DNA of 64,000 nt from Clostridiales bacterium (GTDB taxonomy: Bacteria > Bacillota > Clostridia > Oscillospirales > CAG-272), in contig JAAYQM010000001.1 in NCBI GenBank assembly GCA_012519315.1, positions 10,730 through 74,729 on the forward strand, in the 5' to 3' direction. The notes beneath the pieces are model-generated. The model ran no database searches. It was not told the origin of the DNA and worked only from the letters and a program-made list of their open reading frames with translations. Numbering within the stretch: position 1 is the stretch's first letter; every line of letters starts with the position of its first letter. This document shows positions 1 through 9,816 of this stretch, piece after piece. A program made the translations under genes and the position numbers.

Positions 1-1
1 A

Positions 2-883
2 TCCGAATGTGAGTTTCGACTGCCTGAGATAGAGCTGAAGCTTGTTTCTAAGCTGGACGGCACTATTAAATATTTGTTTCGTCTGATAGACGGCGAGTGT
101 ATTGAAAGTGTTTTGATGCAGTATAAACACGGCAATACCCTCTGCATTTCCTCTCAGGTGGGCTGCAACATGGGCTGTGCCTTTTGCGCCTCAACTATCG
201 GCGGTAAGGTGCGGGATCTGCTTCCCTCCGAAATGATAGGGCAGGTTATCGCCGCGCAAAAGGATAGCGGTATGCGGATATCCAACATTGTTATGATGGG
301 AATCGGAGAACCCCTTGATAATTATGATAATACCCTCAAATTCCTTCGTCTCGTTAATCATCCGGAGGGACTGAACATCGGATATCGGCATATATCACTG
401 TCAAGCTGCGGTCTTGTGGATAAGATTTATAAGCTTGCCGAGGAAAACCTTCCTATTACTCTTTCGGTTTCCCTTCATGCGACCGATAATAAAATTCGAT
501 CGTCGATCATGCCTGTCAACCGCAAATGGGATATTCATGCTCTTATGAGAGCCTGCGCCTTTTATTTTGAAAAAACCGGTCGGCGGATTTCCTTTGAATA
601 TACTCTTTTGCCCGGTAAAAATGACAGGGCGGAGGATGCTGATGCCCTAGCATCTTTATTGCACAGATATATGAAACCGGAGGGCGCACCCTTGCATGTC
701 AATTTGATTCCGGTGAACGTCGTTGCTGAATGCGGAATTGCGTCGGGAACACGCGCGGCTGCCGAGGCCTTCGCCAAGGTGCTAGAGAAACGTGGGATAA
801 GCGCCACTGTTCGGCGGAGGCTGGGCTCTGATATTCACGCCGCTTGTGGACAGCTGCGGCGTCAAAATAAGAAAAAAGTGTAA
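2..883 (+). CDS. rlmN: 23S rRNA/tRNA m2A methyltransferase RlmN, radical SAM. The 5' end lies outside the window.
   Basis: The frame is open from position 2. It has the radical-SAM motif CNMGCAFCAS, MGIGEPLDN, and the C-terminal catalytic Cys context HAACGQL. Confidence 0.9.
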   Translation, partial: SECEFRLPEIELKLVSKLDGTIKYLFRLIDGECIESVLMQYKHGNTLCISSQVGCNMGCAFCASTIGGKVRDLLPSEMIGQVIAAQKDSGMRISNIVMMGIGEPLDNYDNTLKFLRLVNHPEGLNIGYRHISLSSCGLVDKIYKLAEENLPITLSVSLHATDNKIRSSIMPVNRKWDIHALMRACAFYFEKTGRRISFEYTLLPGKNDRAEDADALASLLHRYMKPEGAPLHVNLIPVNVVAECGIASGTRAAAEAFAKVLEKRGISATVRRRLGSDIHAACGQLRRQNKKKV

Positions 884-1083
884 AATATTCGTTAATTTAC
901 GCTTCTTAGAAAAAAATCGGAATACAAGCCTTTACTTATCAATATTAATTTATTATAATGTAATTATGCAGAAAACGGAAATCTTCATTTTGATTCATAT
1001 AATATAATAAGTGTGTGATGCGGAAATAATGGTCTATACAGGCATGAAATTTGACAAGAAGGATTTTTTTGGAGGTGACATAG

Positions 1084-1836
1084 ATGATTTGGTACGGCAA
1101 AAGTGACATCGGCAGGGTAAGGAGTACCAATCAGGACAGCTTTATTGCGTGCAATTTGGCAGATGATATTGTCATGTGTGCTGTCTGCGACGGAATGGGT
1201 GGAAATGCCGGCGGCAGTGAAGCTAGTCATATTGCTTTGAAGGTTTTCCATGCCGAAATGGCTGCATATATCGAAAAATCCGATCCAAGATCAGCATCTG
1301 AATCTGAAATCAGACAGGTGCTGACCGAAGCAGTAGATAAGGCGAATGATGAAGTATATAAAATGGCCTCCTCCGATAAATCTCTCAGCGGAATGGGTAC
1401 CACACTTGTTGCCGCATTAATTATTGATGGCAAGCTTTATAGCATAAATATAGGGGACAGCCGCATGTATATAATCAGGGATGGGGAAGCCGTACAGCAG
1501 ACCCATGACCATTCCTATGTTCAATATCTTGTGGATATCGGCAAATTGACACCTGCCGAAGCTCGGAAAAGCACTAACAGAAATATAATTACAAGAGCAG
1601 TCGGGATCGATGAAAAAGTGGAGGCAGATATCAATGTTGCCTGTCTGTCCGGTGATAGTGGTGGCTATATTCTGCTCTGCTCTGACGGGTTGACAAACTT
1701 TGTGGAGAATCAGGAGATTGCACAAATTGCGGAACAGACCGACCAATCGTTGGAGCAAAGGGTGGAGACCTTGATTGCCTTAGCGAACGAAAGGGGCGGA
1801 ACCGATAATATTACCGCCGTTTTGTTGGCGTTTTAA
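1084..1836 (+). CDS. stp: PP2C-family Ser/Thr protein phosphatase (Stp/PrpC)
   Basis: Has GRVRSTNQDS, VCDGMGG, LCSDGL and GGTDNITAV. An RBS (ggaggtgaca) lies upstream. It sits immediately upstream of prkC, as in the conserved operon. Confidence 0.9.
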   Translation: MIWYGKSDIGRVRSTNQDSFIACNLADDIVMCAVCDGMGGNAGGSEASHIALKVFHAEMAAYIEKSDPRSASESEIRQVLTEAVDKANDEVYKMASSDKSLSGMGTTLVAALIIDGKLYSINIGDSRMYIIRDGEAVQQTHDHSYVQYLVDIGKLTPAEARKSTNRNIITRAVGIDEKVEADINVACLSGDSGGYILLCSDGLTNFVENQEIAQIAEQTDQSLEQRVETLIALANERGGTDNITAVLLAF

Positions 1837-1975
1837 CCGAACTGTTTTACAGATCATATAGTCAATCAATCAGAAAAACATAGTGGTATAAAGGTCATGA
1901 ATGAAGCCCTTTTAATCGTTTTTCAATTGTTTGGCTATATATCATTGAAAGGGCATGGAAGGATGTTTGCAGATA

Positions 1976-3661
1976 ATGGAAAAATTCAACAAACATATAG
2001 GAAAAGTATTTGACGGTCGATATAGAATAGAGCGAATTGTCGGCATGGGCGGTATGTCTGTGGTTTTTGAAGCGTGGGATCTTCTGATGAAGCGGAAGGT
2101 GGCTGTCAAGCTTCTTCGCGACGAGATCAACAACGATGCACAGTCTGTAAAACGCTTTATTAATGAATCTAAAGCCGTTGCTATGCTGTCTCATCCGAAT
2201 ATTGTCAATATATATGATGTTTCGGTTAAGGAAGCCCTCAAATTTATTGTTATGGAGTATATAGAGGGTATCACTTTAAAGAGCTATATGGTAAAGAAGG
2301 GAGTTCTCTCCTTTAAGGAGCTAATAAGCTATACCGAGCAGATTTTGCGGGCTCTTGAGCATGCCCATGCCAAGGGTGTTATCCACCGGGATATTAAGCC
2401 GCAAAATATTATGCTACTGAAAAACGGCTTAATTAAGGTTACCGATTTCGGCATTGCAAAGCTTCCGAATGCGGAGACGGTTACCATGACCGACAAAGCG
2501 ATCGGAACCGTTTATTATATCAGCCCGGAGCAGGCCAGCGGTAAAAAAATCGATGCAAGAAGCGACATTTATTCTCTTGGCGTTTTGCTTTATGAAATGG
2601 CGACGGGAAGACTGCCCTTTACCGCCGATAGTCCGGTTTCGGTTGCGCTGATGCAGATTAACAATACCGCGCAAAAGCCGAGGGAGATAAACCCCAAGAT
2701 TCCACAGGGGCTTGAGCAGATTATTCTGTCTGCAATTGAAAAGGATCCGGAGCGGCGCTTTCAGAGTGCCTCTCAAATGTTAAAGCAAATTGCGAAGCTT
2801 CGCCAAAATCCGGACGCTGTCTTCAAACCTATAACAAACTCAAAGACCGGCAAGGGCAAGCGTACAAACCAACTTACCACCATGTTGCCTATTATCCTTG
2901 GCGTATCGACGGCCTTCTTAGGCGTTTTGATTGTCAGCGGGATCTGGGTTATAAGTCATTTTCTTAATGAAACTGCGAATGATCCGATTGACATTGACAT
3001 TCCTAATTTTATAGGAAAGACCTATACAGAAACCTTTGAGGAGGAACAAGAGACTGAGGGGGATTATTTTAGGATCCGGGTCAAATATGTTTACAACGGA
3101 GATAGCGAGCCGAACACTATTGTTGATCAGGAACCTCGTGCCGGTGAAAAACGACGTGTAATCAACGGCAGGCAGTTTGCCGATGTTACTTTGTATGTGA
3201 GCATGGGGGCTCAAACAACTATTATGGCTGATTATACGGTACGCGAAAAGAGGGAAGCCGAGCTTCTTTTGCGTGAACAGGGCTTTGGCGTTGTCTTTGA
3301 AACGGTACACCATGACACCATTCTGGAGGGTTATGTTGTGACCACCGATCCAAAACCGGGAGAGCCTGTCACAACTGGGGATACAGTTAAGGTATATATC
3401 AGTCTAGGTGAGGAGATTCAAACAACTATTGTACCGAATTTTATCGATATGCATGAGATAGACGCTTATCGTGCCCTTGTCCAGAGCAAGCTGGGAATCG
3501 GTAAAATCACTTACCGTCAGTCTAACAAGGCAAAGGGAACGATACTCAGTCAGAGTATCACACCTTTTGAGTCGGTGCCCGTTCGGGTGACTAAGATTGA
3601 CTTTGTCATCAGCAGCGGACCTGAGGACACAACGGATGAAACAACCGATGACACGACATGA
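1976..3661 (+). CDS. prkC: Ser/Thr protein kinase PrkC with one TM helix and three extracellular PASTA-like repeats
   Basis: Hanks kinase motifs GMGGMSVV, VAVK, HRDIKPQN, DFGIA and SPEQ. The TM helix is LPIILGVSTAFLGVLIVSGIWVI. Three ~65-aa repeats end in ...YVSMG, ...YISLG and ...VISSG. The start was chosen at the second ATG (RBS ggaagga); 1955 is also possible. Confidence 0.9.
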   Translation: MEKFNKHIGKVFDGRYRIERIVGMGGMSVVFEAWDLLMKRKVAVKLLRDEINNDAQSVKRFINESKAVAMLSHPNIVNIYDVSVKEALKFIVMEYIEGITLKSYMVKKGVLSFKELISYTEQILRALEHAHAKGVIHRDIKPQNIMLLKNGLIKVTDFGIAKLPNAETVTMTDKAIGTVYYISPEQASGKKIDARSDIYSLGVLLYEMATGRLPFTADSPVSVALMQINNTAQKPREINPKIPQGLEQIILSAIEKDPERRFQSASQMLKQIAKLRQNPDAVFKPITNSKTGKGKRTNQLTTMLPIILGVSTAFLGVLIVSGIWVISHFLNETANDPIDIDIPNFIGKTYTETFEEEQETEGDYFRIRVKYVYNGDSEPNTIVDQEPRAGEKRRVINGRQFADVTLYVSMGAQTTIMADYTVREKREAELLLREQGFGVVFETVHHDTILEGYVVTTDPKPGEPVTTGDTVKVYISLGEEIQTTIVPNFIDMHEIDAYRALVQSKLGIGKITYRQSNKAKGTILSQSITPFESVPVRVTKIDFVISSGPEDTTDETTDDTT

Positions 3662-3819
3662 GTCTCATTCCCTCATTGAAAAAACGGATAAATAGCAATA
3701 GGACAAGCTTTAATTAAAGAGAAGATAATGAAGATAACCGAGGGGTGGTATGTTGTTGCATTTAGATATAAGATTGCAAATAATTAAAAAAATTTCGTCT
3801 CATACGATAAGAGAGTTAT

Positions 3820-4791
3820 ATGCAAGAGCGTATTAAGGGAAAAATTATTAAAGGTGTCGGCGGACTTTATGAAGTTGACACCTCATGCGGAGCGGCGGGA
3901 GAGAGATCTTCCGGTCATCGGATTGTGACCTGCAGGGCACGGGGTATTTTTCGTTATGATCAGATAACGCCCCTTGTCGGTGATGATGTGGAGATTGTTT
4001 TTGAGGGTTCTGCCGATGCGGATAAGCTTAGCGGGGGCGCTGTTATTGATAAGATTTTGCCGAGGAAAAATCAGCTTATCAGACCGCCGATGGCTAATCT
4101 TGATTATCTGTTTTTGATTATTGCCGCAAAGAATCCTGACCCGCAACCACTTATAAATGATAAGCTTATCTCAATTGCCGAGTATAATAAAATAGAGCCG
4201 GTTGTTATTGTCAACAAAAAGGACCTTGATGCTGTCGCTGCGGACAATATCGTCAGGGTGTACAAAAAGGTCGGGATCCCTTCCTTTGCAATTTGCAAGG
4301 GAGATTCGGAGGGGATCGGGTGGCTGCACGCCTTTATTAAAACGCAGATAAAAGGGCGATGTGCCGCCTTTGCCGGCGTTTCCGGCGCTGGGAAATCCAC
4401 CTTGTTGAACGAGCTTTTTCCGCAACTGAGGCTTGAAACCTCCGAGGTTAGCCGTAAGCTGGGGAGAGGGAGACATACCACGCGAAGGGTGGAGCTTTAT
4501 CCTATTAATGAAGTTGCTGACGGGACATGCGGTTACTTAGCCGATACTCCCGGCTTTAGCATGCTTGATTTTGAACAATTTGATTTTTTCACCTGCGAGG
4601 ATCTTCCCTATACTTTTCGCGAGTTTGAAAAACATATCGGCTGCTGCAAATATACAAAATGCACGCATACAAAGGAGGATGGCTGCGCTATTTTGGAGGA
4701 GGTTCGCAGCGGTAAGATTCCAAAAAGCCGCCATGACAGCTTTGTCAGCCTTTATGAGATTCTGAAAAACAAAAAGGCTTGGAAGAAATAA
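3820..4791 (+). CDS. rsgA: Ribosome small-subunit-dependent GTPase A
   Basis: Circularly permuted GTPase: NKKDL precedes the P-loop GVSGAGKSTL, then DTPGF. A C-terminal zinc knuckle reads CKYTKCTHTKEDGC. Confidence 0.9.
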   Translation: MQERIKGKIIKGVGGLYEVDTSCGAAGERSSGHRIVTCRARGIFRYDQITPLVGDDVEIVFEGSADADKLSGGAVIDKILPRKNQLIRPPMANLDYLFLIIAAKNPDPQPLINDKLISIAEYNKIEPVVIVNKKDLDAVAADNIVRVYKKVGIPSFAICKGDSEGIGWLHAFIKTQIKGRCAAFAGVSGAGKSTLLNELFPQLRLETSEVSRKLGRGRHTTRRVELYPINEVADGTCGYLADTPGFSMLDFEQFDFFTCEDLPYTFREFEKHIGCCKYTKCTHTKEDGCAILEEVRSGKIPKSRHDSFVSLYEILKNKKAWKK

Positions 4792-4832
4792 TTACAAATC
4801 AGATGAAACAGCAAGAATTACGGAGAATATCC

Positions 4833-5504
4833 ATGGACTTTGAAAAGAGCAAAAAAAGAATTGCCTTTATTTATACCGGCGGTAAGGTTAAAACAGACCT
4901 TCTGCCGGTTTTTCCGAATCGTGATGAGACGAGAGCCGGGGAAGAATGCCTGATTATTGCGGCGGACAGCGGTTATGATCTTTGCCGGCGGCTTGGCATT
5001 GTCCCTGATGTTTTGATAGGGGATATGGATTCGGTGAAGGATTTGTCTTTAGAATCCTTTCACGGGGAATATATAACCTCTCCACGGGAAAAAAATGATA
5101 CCGATACCATGCTTGCAGTAAAATTGGCCCTTGAGAGAGGTTTTGGTGAAATTTTTATAATCGGCGGTCTGGGCGGTCGGGTAGATCATTCATTGTCAAA
5201 TTTGTATATCCTTGAATATATTTACAATAGAGGGTGTAAAGGGGTTCTGACCGATGGGCAGAATCGGGTAATCTTTCTGCGGGGTGGAACTGTCGCGCTT
5301 AAGAGAGGAGATTACCGGTTTTTTTCCCTTTTAGCTGTCGATACGGTTTGCCGGGGAGTAACAGTGGCAGGATGCAGATATCCTCTGTCAGATGCTGTAT
5401 TGCTTCGAGAGGAAGGGTATGCAGTCAGCAATGAGATTGTGGGCGATGAGGCAACTCTTTCGGTTGATGAGGGAGCGCTTTTTGTAATCGAAAGCCGAGA
5501 CTGA
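4833..5504 (+). CDS. Thiamine pyrophosphokinase
   Basis: Has AADSG, GDMDS, KNDTDT and GGLGGRVDHSLSN. The start is uncertain (4779, 4803 or 4833); 4833 has the RBS acggaga. Confidence 0.8.
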   Translation: MDFEKSKKRIAFIYTGGKVKTDLLPVFPNRDETRAGEECLIIAADSGYDLCRRLGIVPDVLIGDMDSVKDLSLESFHGEYITSPREKNDTDTMLAVKLALERGFGEIFIIGGLGGRVDHSLSNLYILEYIYNRGCKGVLTDGQNRVIFLRGGTVALKRGDYRFFSLLAVDTVCRGVTVAGCRYPLSDAVLLREEGYAVSNEIVGDEATLSVDEGALFVIESRD

Positions 5505-5737
5505 TAAGTGACAAAAAGGATCTTTATTGCGCTTTTGGCTCCTATGAATATAAAATTTAGAAAAAGATGCAAAATTTTGTGTCAATATTTAAATATTTGA
5601 ATATAATGTTAGTAGAGGCACTGTCGCTTAGTGTTTGCGATGATATTTTAAGGAATTTGGTCGCTATATAGCTGCTTTACAATAACATTATTATTTGAAA
5701 GGGGTCATTTATCCGGCGCGAGCGGGATAAATTACAT

Positions 5738-5905
5738 ATGCATATGAATAGGGCAAACAGCATATTTAAAATCCTGGGAGTGTCTATTCTTTCATTCGGG
5801 CTTGGAATATTGGCATCCTTTTTTCTTCCTGAGGCGGTATTGGTAGTAATCGAGGCCCTTATTATCATCGCTGTTGGATTTTTGTATTTTTCGAAAAGAT
5901 GCTAG
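5738..5905 (+). CDS. Possible 55-aa two-TM membrane peptide, below the ORF-track cutoff
   Basis: Manual translation gives MHMNRANSIFKILGVSILSFGLGILASFFLPEAVLVVIEALIIIAVGFLYFSKRC. It has two hydrophobic helices but a weak RBS. Confidence 0.3.
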   Translation: MHMNRANSIFKILGVSILSFGLGILASFFLPEAVLVVIEALIIIAVGFLYFSKRC

Positions 5906-6160
5906 TCTGCATTTATTAATAATTTAAGGAGAACTTTTCATCATTGCGGTGGAAAATTGCAGTTTAATATTATGAAAATTGTAGTTGTAAAATCACCGAG
6001 GCTGCTGGCGTCGCTGCTGAGGAAATTCTTTCATATCGATAAAAAAAAGAGATGACCATATCTCGGCGCAAATTAAATTTCCCGTCATTCTATGCTTATT
6101 AGAGAACATTTTATGTCGGCGCTTCGATAAAAAATCTTGTAAACTATACCTTTTCAGCTT

Positions 6161-6200
6161 AAAAACAGCGGGCATACAAAAAAGTATGCCCGCTGTTTTT
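6161..6200. terminator. Bidirectional intrinsic terminator
   Basis: A perfect 13-bp stem (acagcgggcatac / gtatgcccgctgt) with an A6 loop. It is flanked by an A-run on the 5' side and a T-run on the 3' side. Confidence 0.65.
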
Positions 6201-6208
6201 GGGTAAAT

Positions 6209-6475
6209 TTAACCGGTTACATTGCCGAATTTCTGCTTTGTTTGCTCTAGCTTTTGGTCATCGGCACATTCTACGGTATACCAACCCCGGTTTTTCATTT
6301 CGGTAAAAAGATCATGCTGAATCTCATGCTCTTCCGCTAAAATGTTCATCATGCAGGTTTTTACCTCAGGGGTTGCCGCTTCGTTTGAAAATGTGTTATA
6401 GGAATCGGTGATAAACTTTTGTGAGGAGAGGGAGTCCATCATGCGTTCCTTGTCATTGTAGGGCAGATTGCTCAT
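6209..6475 (-). CDS. Spore coat protein F (Coat_F)-like small helical protein
   Basis: Has DKERMMDSLSSQKFITDSYNTFSNEAATPEVK...ILAEEHEIQHDLFTEMKNRGWY, the typical Coat_F pattern. Strong RBS aaaggag. Confidence 0.7.
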   Translation of the reverse strand: MSNLPYNDKERMMDSLSSQKFITDSYNTFSNEAATPEVKTCMMNILAEEHEIQHDLFTEMKNRGWYTVECADDQKLEQTKQKFGNVTG

Positions 6476-6503
6476 TTTGAATCTCCTTTTCTTTGACTGG
6501 AAT

Positions 6504-6689
6504 TTATTTCAGATTGCTGTAAAGCGCGTCAAAATGCTTTTGATGCTTTTGCGCGATATCATTGTACTTCGCCTTTAGGGTAGTATCCTGTGTTGTCTCG
6601 GCATAGTTTTTGAATTTTGCGATAAGGTTTTGTTCGATGGCGAGTTGGTCGGAAATCCCGCTTAACTCTTTTGAAGTTATCTGTGCCAC
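6504..6689 (-). CDS. 61-aa helical protein, Coat_F-like partner
   Basis: GTG start 9 nt after a perfect AGGAGG. Sequence LSGISDQLAIEQNLIAKFKNYAETTQDTTLKAKYNDIAQKHQKHFDALY. The longer track ORF (to 6848) has no RBS and reads as non-protein-like sequence. Confidence 0.5.
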   Translation of the reverse strand: MAQITSKELSGISDQLAIEQNLIAKFKNYAETTQDTTLKAKYNDIAQKHQKHFDALYSNLK

Positions 6690-6892
6690 TATTATTATCC
6701 TCCTGCTATTTTTTGTTGGAGATAACCTGTATTTCACATTGAGTCTTACGGTCATGAGGTTTTCATAAGAAAACTCACGACAGATATAGTATAGGCTTGA
6801 CCGCCCTTTTATATAACCGGAAATCAGGTGCAATGATAGGCAGGACATACAATAAAAGCGGGTGCAGTCTGAAACCTGATCCTGAAACGTCT

Positions 6893-7321
6893 CTACAAGT
6901 ATGACTTCAGCCGTTCGATATTTTGCTGCTCAAAGCCGGCGACATCTCTGCCGAGATTAAGAGCCTCTTCTTCACAGTCCCGGAGATTAACAGAATTTAG
7001 TTTTTTTGTGATTTCCACAATACCCATACTTGATCCGTTGATCATCATTTCGGCGATATGGCTGACCGAACGGTCAAAGAGGGTGTTTACCGCGATGCCC
7101 GCTCTTACGGGAAGCTTTTTTGCGATGCTTATTGGCTTTGGCGGCTGGTTTATGCTCTTTAATCGAGAAGCTGCCATGTCCGATATTCTTTTGTAGCCCT
7201 CCATCTGCATTGTAAGCTCAGCGCGGAATCGATCATCGGTAACCTTTGACAAAAGTTTTGCGATGGTGTCATAGCCCATTTCTGCATTTTTGTAAATATG
7301 ACGGTATAAATCTGTATTCAT
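6893..7321 (-). CDS. Hypothetical 142-aa all-helical protein. It is first in the same minus-strand run of three genes as the CotF-like genes, though about 200 nt of non-coding sequence separates it from the next one.
   Basis: Clean ORF. Same orientation as the CotF-like genes. No motif that I can name with confidence. Confidence 0.5.
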   Translation of the reverse strand: MNTDLYRHIYKNAEMGYDTIAKLLSKVTDDRFRAELTMQMEGYKRISDMAASRLKSINQPPKPISIAKKLPVRAGIAVNTLFDRSVSHIAEMMINGSSMGIVEITKKLNSVNLRDCEEEALNLGRDVAGFEQQNIERLKSYL

Positions 7322-7489
7322 ATAAAAACATTCATCCTTTTATCTTTATTGCAAATAGAGATTGTTAATTTGTAAAACCGCCTAAATCTTGAAATTAGAT
7401 TTTTTATATCATTTTTATTATGTGCAATCGATAAAAAAACATACTTTTATTTAAAAGAGTAAAGATTTCAAAGGAAAAAACAAAAAACT

Positions 7490-7518
7490 TTGACAAAAGA
7501 ATAAAAATATAGTATAAT
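7490..7518 (+). promoter_or_regulatory. Sigma-A-type promoter upstream of rsmE
   Basis: TTGACA, 17 nt spacer, TATAAT. Both hexamers are perfect. Confidence 0.55.
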
Positions 7519-7595
7519 AATTTGGCATTTTCAAAAACATATTTGTATTGATGCGATGTCAGTTATGACAAAACCGAGTGAGGTTTTTTGAGCAT

Positions 7596-8351
7596 ATGCC
7601 GAATTTTTTTGTACCGATTGAACAAATCAGCGGCAATCGGATTGAAATTAGCGGAGATGACGCCCTTCACATTTCCCGCTCCCTGCGTATGACAACCGGC
7701 GAGAAAATTGTAGTTTTCGATATGCGTGGAGGGGAATATCACTGCACACTCGAAGCTTTTGAGACGGGGAGGGTCGTTGCTAGGATTGTTGAGCGATTTG
7801 CCATATCAGCCGAGCCGCCCGGGGTGATTACCCTTTATCAGGCCTTTGCCAAGGGTGATAAGTTTGACCTGATTGTTCAAAAGGGGGTTGAACTCGGGGT
7901 ATGTAAGATTGTTCCCTTCGAGAGTGAGCGGTGTGTTTCAAAGCCGGATCGGCGATCGGTGGAAAAAAAGATTGCAAGATGGCAGAGAATCGCCCTTGAG
8001 GCCGCAAAGCAATGCGGTCGGGGTATTATTCCGTCGGTTACTCCCCCTCTTTCCTTTGATTGGATGTTAACAGAGGCCGCAAAGACTGACATTCCTCTTT
8101 TTTGCTATGAAGGTGAGGGAACCGAGCCGCTATCCCTCGTGCTGGCGGGATATAAGCAAAGGCGGGATATGGCTGGGGACGCCCCGGATATTTCGATTGT
8201 TGTCGGACCGGAGGGGGGATTCAGTCAAGGCGAGGTTAAAAGAGCGAAAGAGGCGGGGCTGCCTTGTGTAGGTCTGGGAAAAAGAATTTTGAGATGTGAG
8301 ACGGCCTCTTTGTTTGTATTGGCCTGTATTTCATATGAATTTGAAATTTAA
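7596..8351 (+). CDS. rsmE: 16S rRNA m3U1498 methyltransferase RsmE
   Basis: N-terminal MPNFFVP...I.GDDALHISRSLRM, and the C-terminal SPOUT motif VVGPEGGFS..E....GLG.RILRCETA. Confidence 0.85.
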   Translation: MPNFFVPIEQISGNRIEISGDDALHISRSLRMTTGEKIVVFDMRGGEYHCTLEAFETGRVVARIVERFAISAEPPGVITLYQAFAKGDKFDLIVQKGVELGVCKIVPFESERCVSKPDRRSVEKKIARWQRIALEAAKQCGRGIIPSVTPPLSFDWMLTEAAKTDIPLFCYEGEGTEPLSLVLAGYKQRRDMAGDAPDISIVVGPEGGFSQGEVKRAKEAGLPCVGLGKRILRCETASLFVLACISYEFEI

Positions 8352-8426
8352 CCATATTTTTGGATGAATTTTTCCCTTATATATGGGAATTTTCCGAAAA
8401 ATATATAAAAAATATTCAAAAACCTA

Positions 8427-8455
8427 TTGAAAAATAACAAAAAGTAGTTTAAAAT
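8427..8455 (+). promoter_or_regulatory. Sigma-A-type promoter upstream of the PucR-family regulator
   Basis: TTGAAA, 17 nt spacer, TAAAAT. Confidence 0.4.
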
Positions 8456-8524
8456 GTAGGTTGGTATATACAAATTTCTATATCAATTATTAATATATAA
8501 ATATTTATTGAAAGGAGGCGCCAT

Positions 8525-9610
8525 ATGTCGAATCGGCTGTTTCAAGGGGTCATTCATCAAATGAAGGATGCTGTGGATAGAGTCATTGGCGTTATTGACG
8601 AAAATGGCGTCATAATTGCTTGCAGTGAGCTCGTTAAAATAGGTGAAACAAGGCAGGGCGTCAGAGATGAATTATCATACACCTCTGAAACGGTGACGCG
8701 TGCTGGTTACACATATCGCTCAATCACCGGAGGAACAAAAGCAGATAACATCGTTTTTGTTGAAGGCGAGGACAAGATGGCAGAAAAGATTACTACCATT
8801 CTTGCCATTTCCCTCAGTAACATAAAAAACCTCTATGATGAAAAATACGACAAATGCTCTTTTATAAAAAATATTATCCTGGATAATATTTTGCCGAGCG
8901 ATATTTATATTAAGAGTAAAGAGCTTCGCTTTAATGCAGAGGAAATACGGATTGTTTATCTGATCAAATTTCATGGCAAAACGGACATGCTCCCATTTGA
9001 GATGGTACAGAATATGTTCCCGGACAAAAATCGGGATTATGTCATAAGCATTGGTGAATATGACATAGTTCTTGTCAAGGAGCTTCAACCCGGCTTTGAC
9101 ATGAAGGATGTTGAAAACATCGCGGTAACAATAGCGGAGACCCTTAACTCTGAGTTTTATACCAAGGTATCCATCGGTATCAGTACCGCTGTAGACAACA
9201 TCAAGGATCTTGCCCGTGCTTTTAAGGAGGCGCAGGTGGCTCTTGAGGTTGGAAAGGTGTTTGATACCGAAAAGAATATTGTCAGCTATGAGAACCTGGG
9301 TATCGGACGGTTGATCTATCAGCTTCCCACCACCCTTTGCGAAATGTTTTTGCAGGAGGTTTTCAAGAAGGGGTCCCTAGATTCTCTCGACCGTGAAACT
9401 TTAATGACGGTGCAAAGTTTTTTTGAAAACAACCTTAATGTTTCAGAGACATCCCGTAAGCTGTTTGTCCATCGGAACACACTGGTTTACCGTCTGGAGA
9501 AAATTCGCAAGCTGACCGGGCTTGATTTGCGTGAGTTTGAACATGCGATTACCTTTAAAGTAGCCTTGATGGTTAAAAAATATCTCACATCAAAGCCGGT
9601 TAAGTTTTAA
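8525..9610 (+). CDS. PucR/CdaR-family transcriptional regulator
   Basis: C-terminal PucR-type HTH: NLNVSETSRKLFVHRNTLVYRLEKIRKLTGLDLREFE. RBS aaggaggcgcc. Confidence 0.75.
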   Translation: MSNRLFQGVIHQMKDAVDRVIGVIDENGVIIACSELVKIGETRQGVRDELSYTSETVTRAGYTYRSITGGTKADNIVFVEGEDKMAEKITTILAISLSNIKNLYDEKYDKCSFIKNIILDNILPSDIYIKSKELRFNAEEIRIVYLIKFHGKTDMLPFEMVQNMFPDKNRDYVISIGEYDIVLVKELQPGFDMKDVENIAVTIAETLNSEFYTKVSIGISTAVDNIKDLARAFKEAQVALEVGKVFDTEKNIVSYENLGIGRLIYQLPTTLCEMFLQEVFKKGSLDSLDRETLMTVQSFFENNLNVSETSRKLFVHRNTLVYRLEKIRKLTGLDLREFEHAITFKVALMVKKYLTSKPVKF

Positions 9611-9816
9611 TCCCGCCGGTCGGGTATGTAGGACGACTTTAGCCTGAATTTCACTTTGTCATCGGACAAGCGGTACATGCTTTGCCTATGTGCCCTTGCC
9701 TTGCTCGTTGAGAGATGTACAGCTCTCAAAAACCGGATTGCTATATAAAGATGCCCATTAAAACATTGGAGACTTTTCCGGTTTTGTATAATAAATGAAT
9801 GTATCGGTAAGGTACT

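Noticed and set aside
3662-4832. Absence of rpe between rsgA and the thiamine pyrophosphokinase gene
   Set aside because: In B. subtilis the order is prpC-prkC-cpgA-rpe-thiN, and here rpe is missing. That is ordinary gene-order variation, since rpe is probably elsewhere in the genome. It is not evidence of a novel feature.
5972-6055. 27-aa cationic ORF, MKIVVVKSPRLLASLLRKFFHIDKKKR
   Set aside because: No Shine-Dalgarno within a usable distance (GGTGGA is about 18 nt upstream). It is too short to judge. I kept it only as a note.
6690-6848. N-terminal 53 codons of track ORF 6504-6848
   Set aside because: There is no RBS at 6848. A perfect AGGAGG precedes the internal GTG at 6689. The extension reads as non-protein-like sequence.
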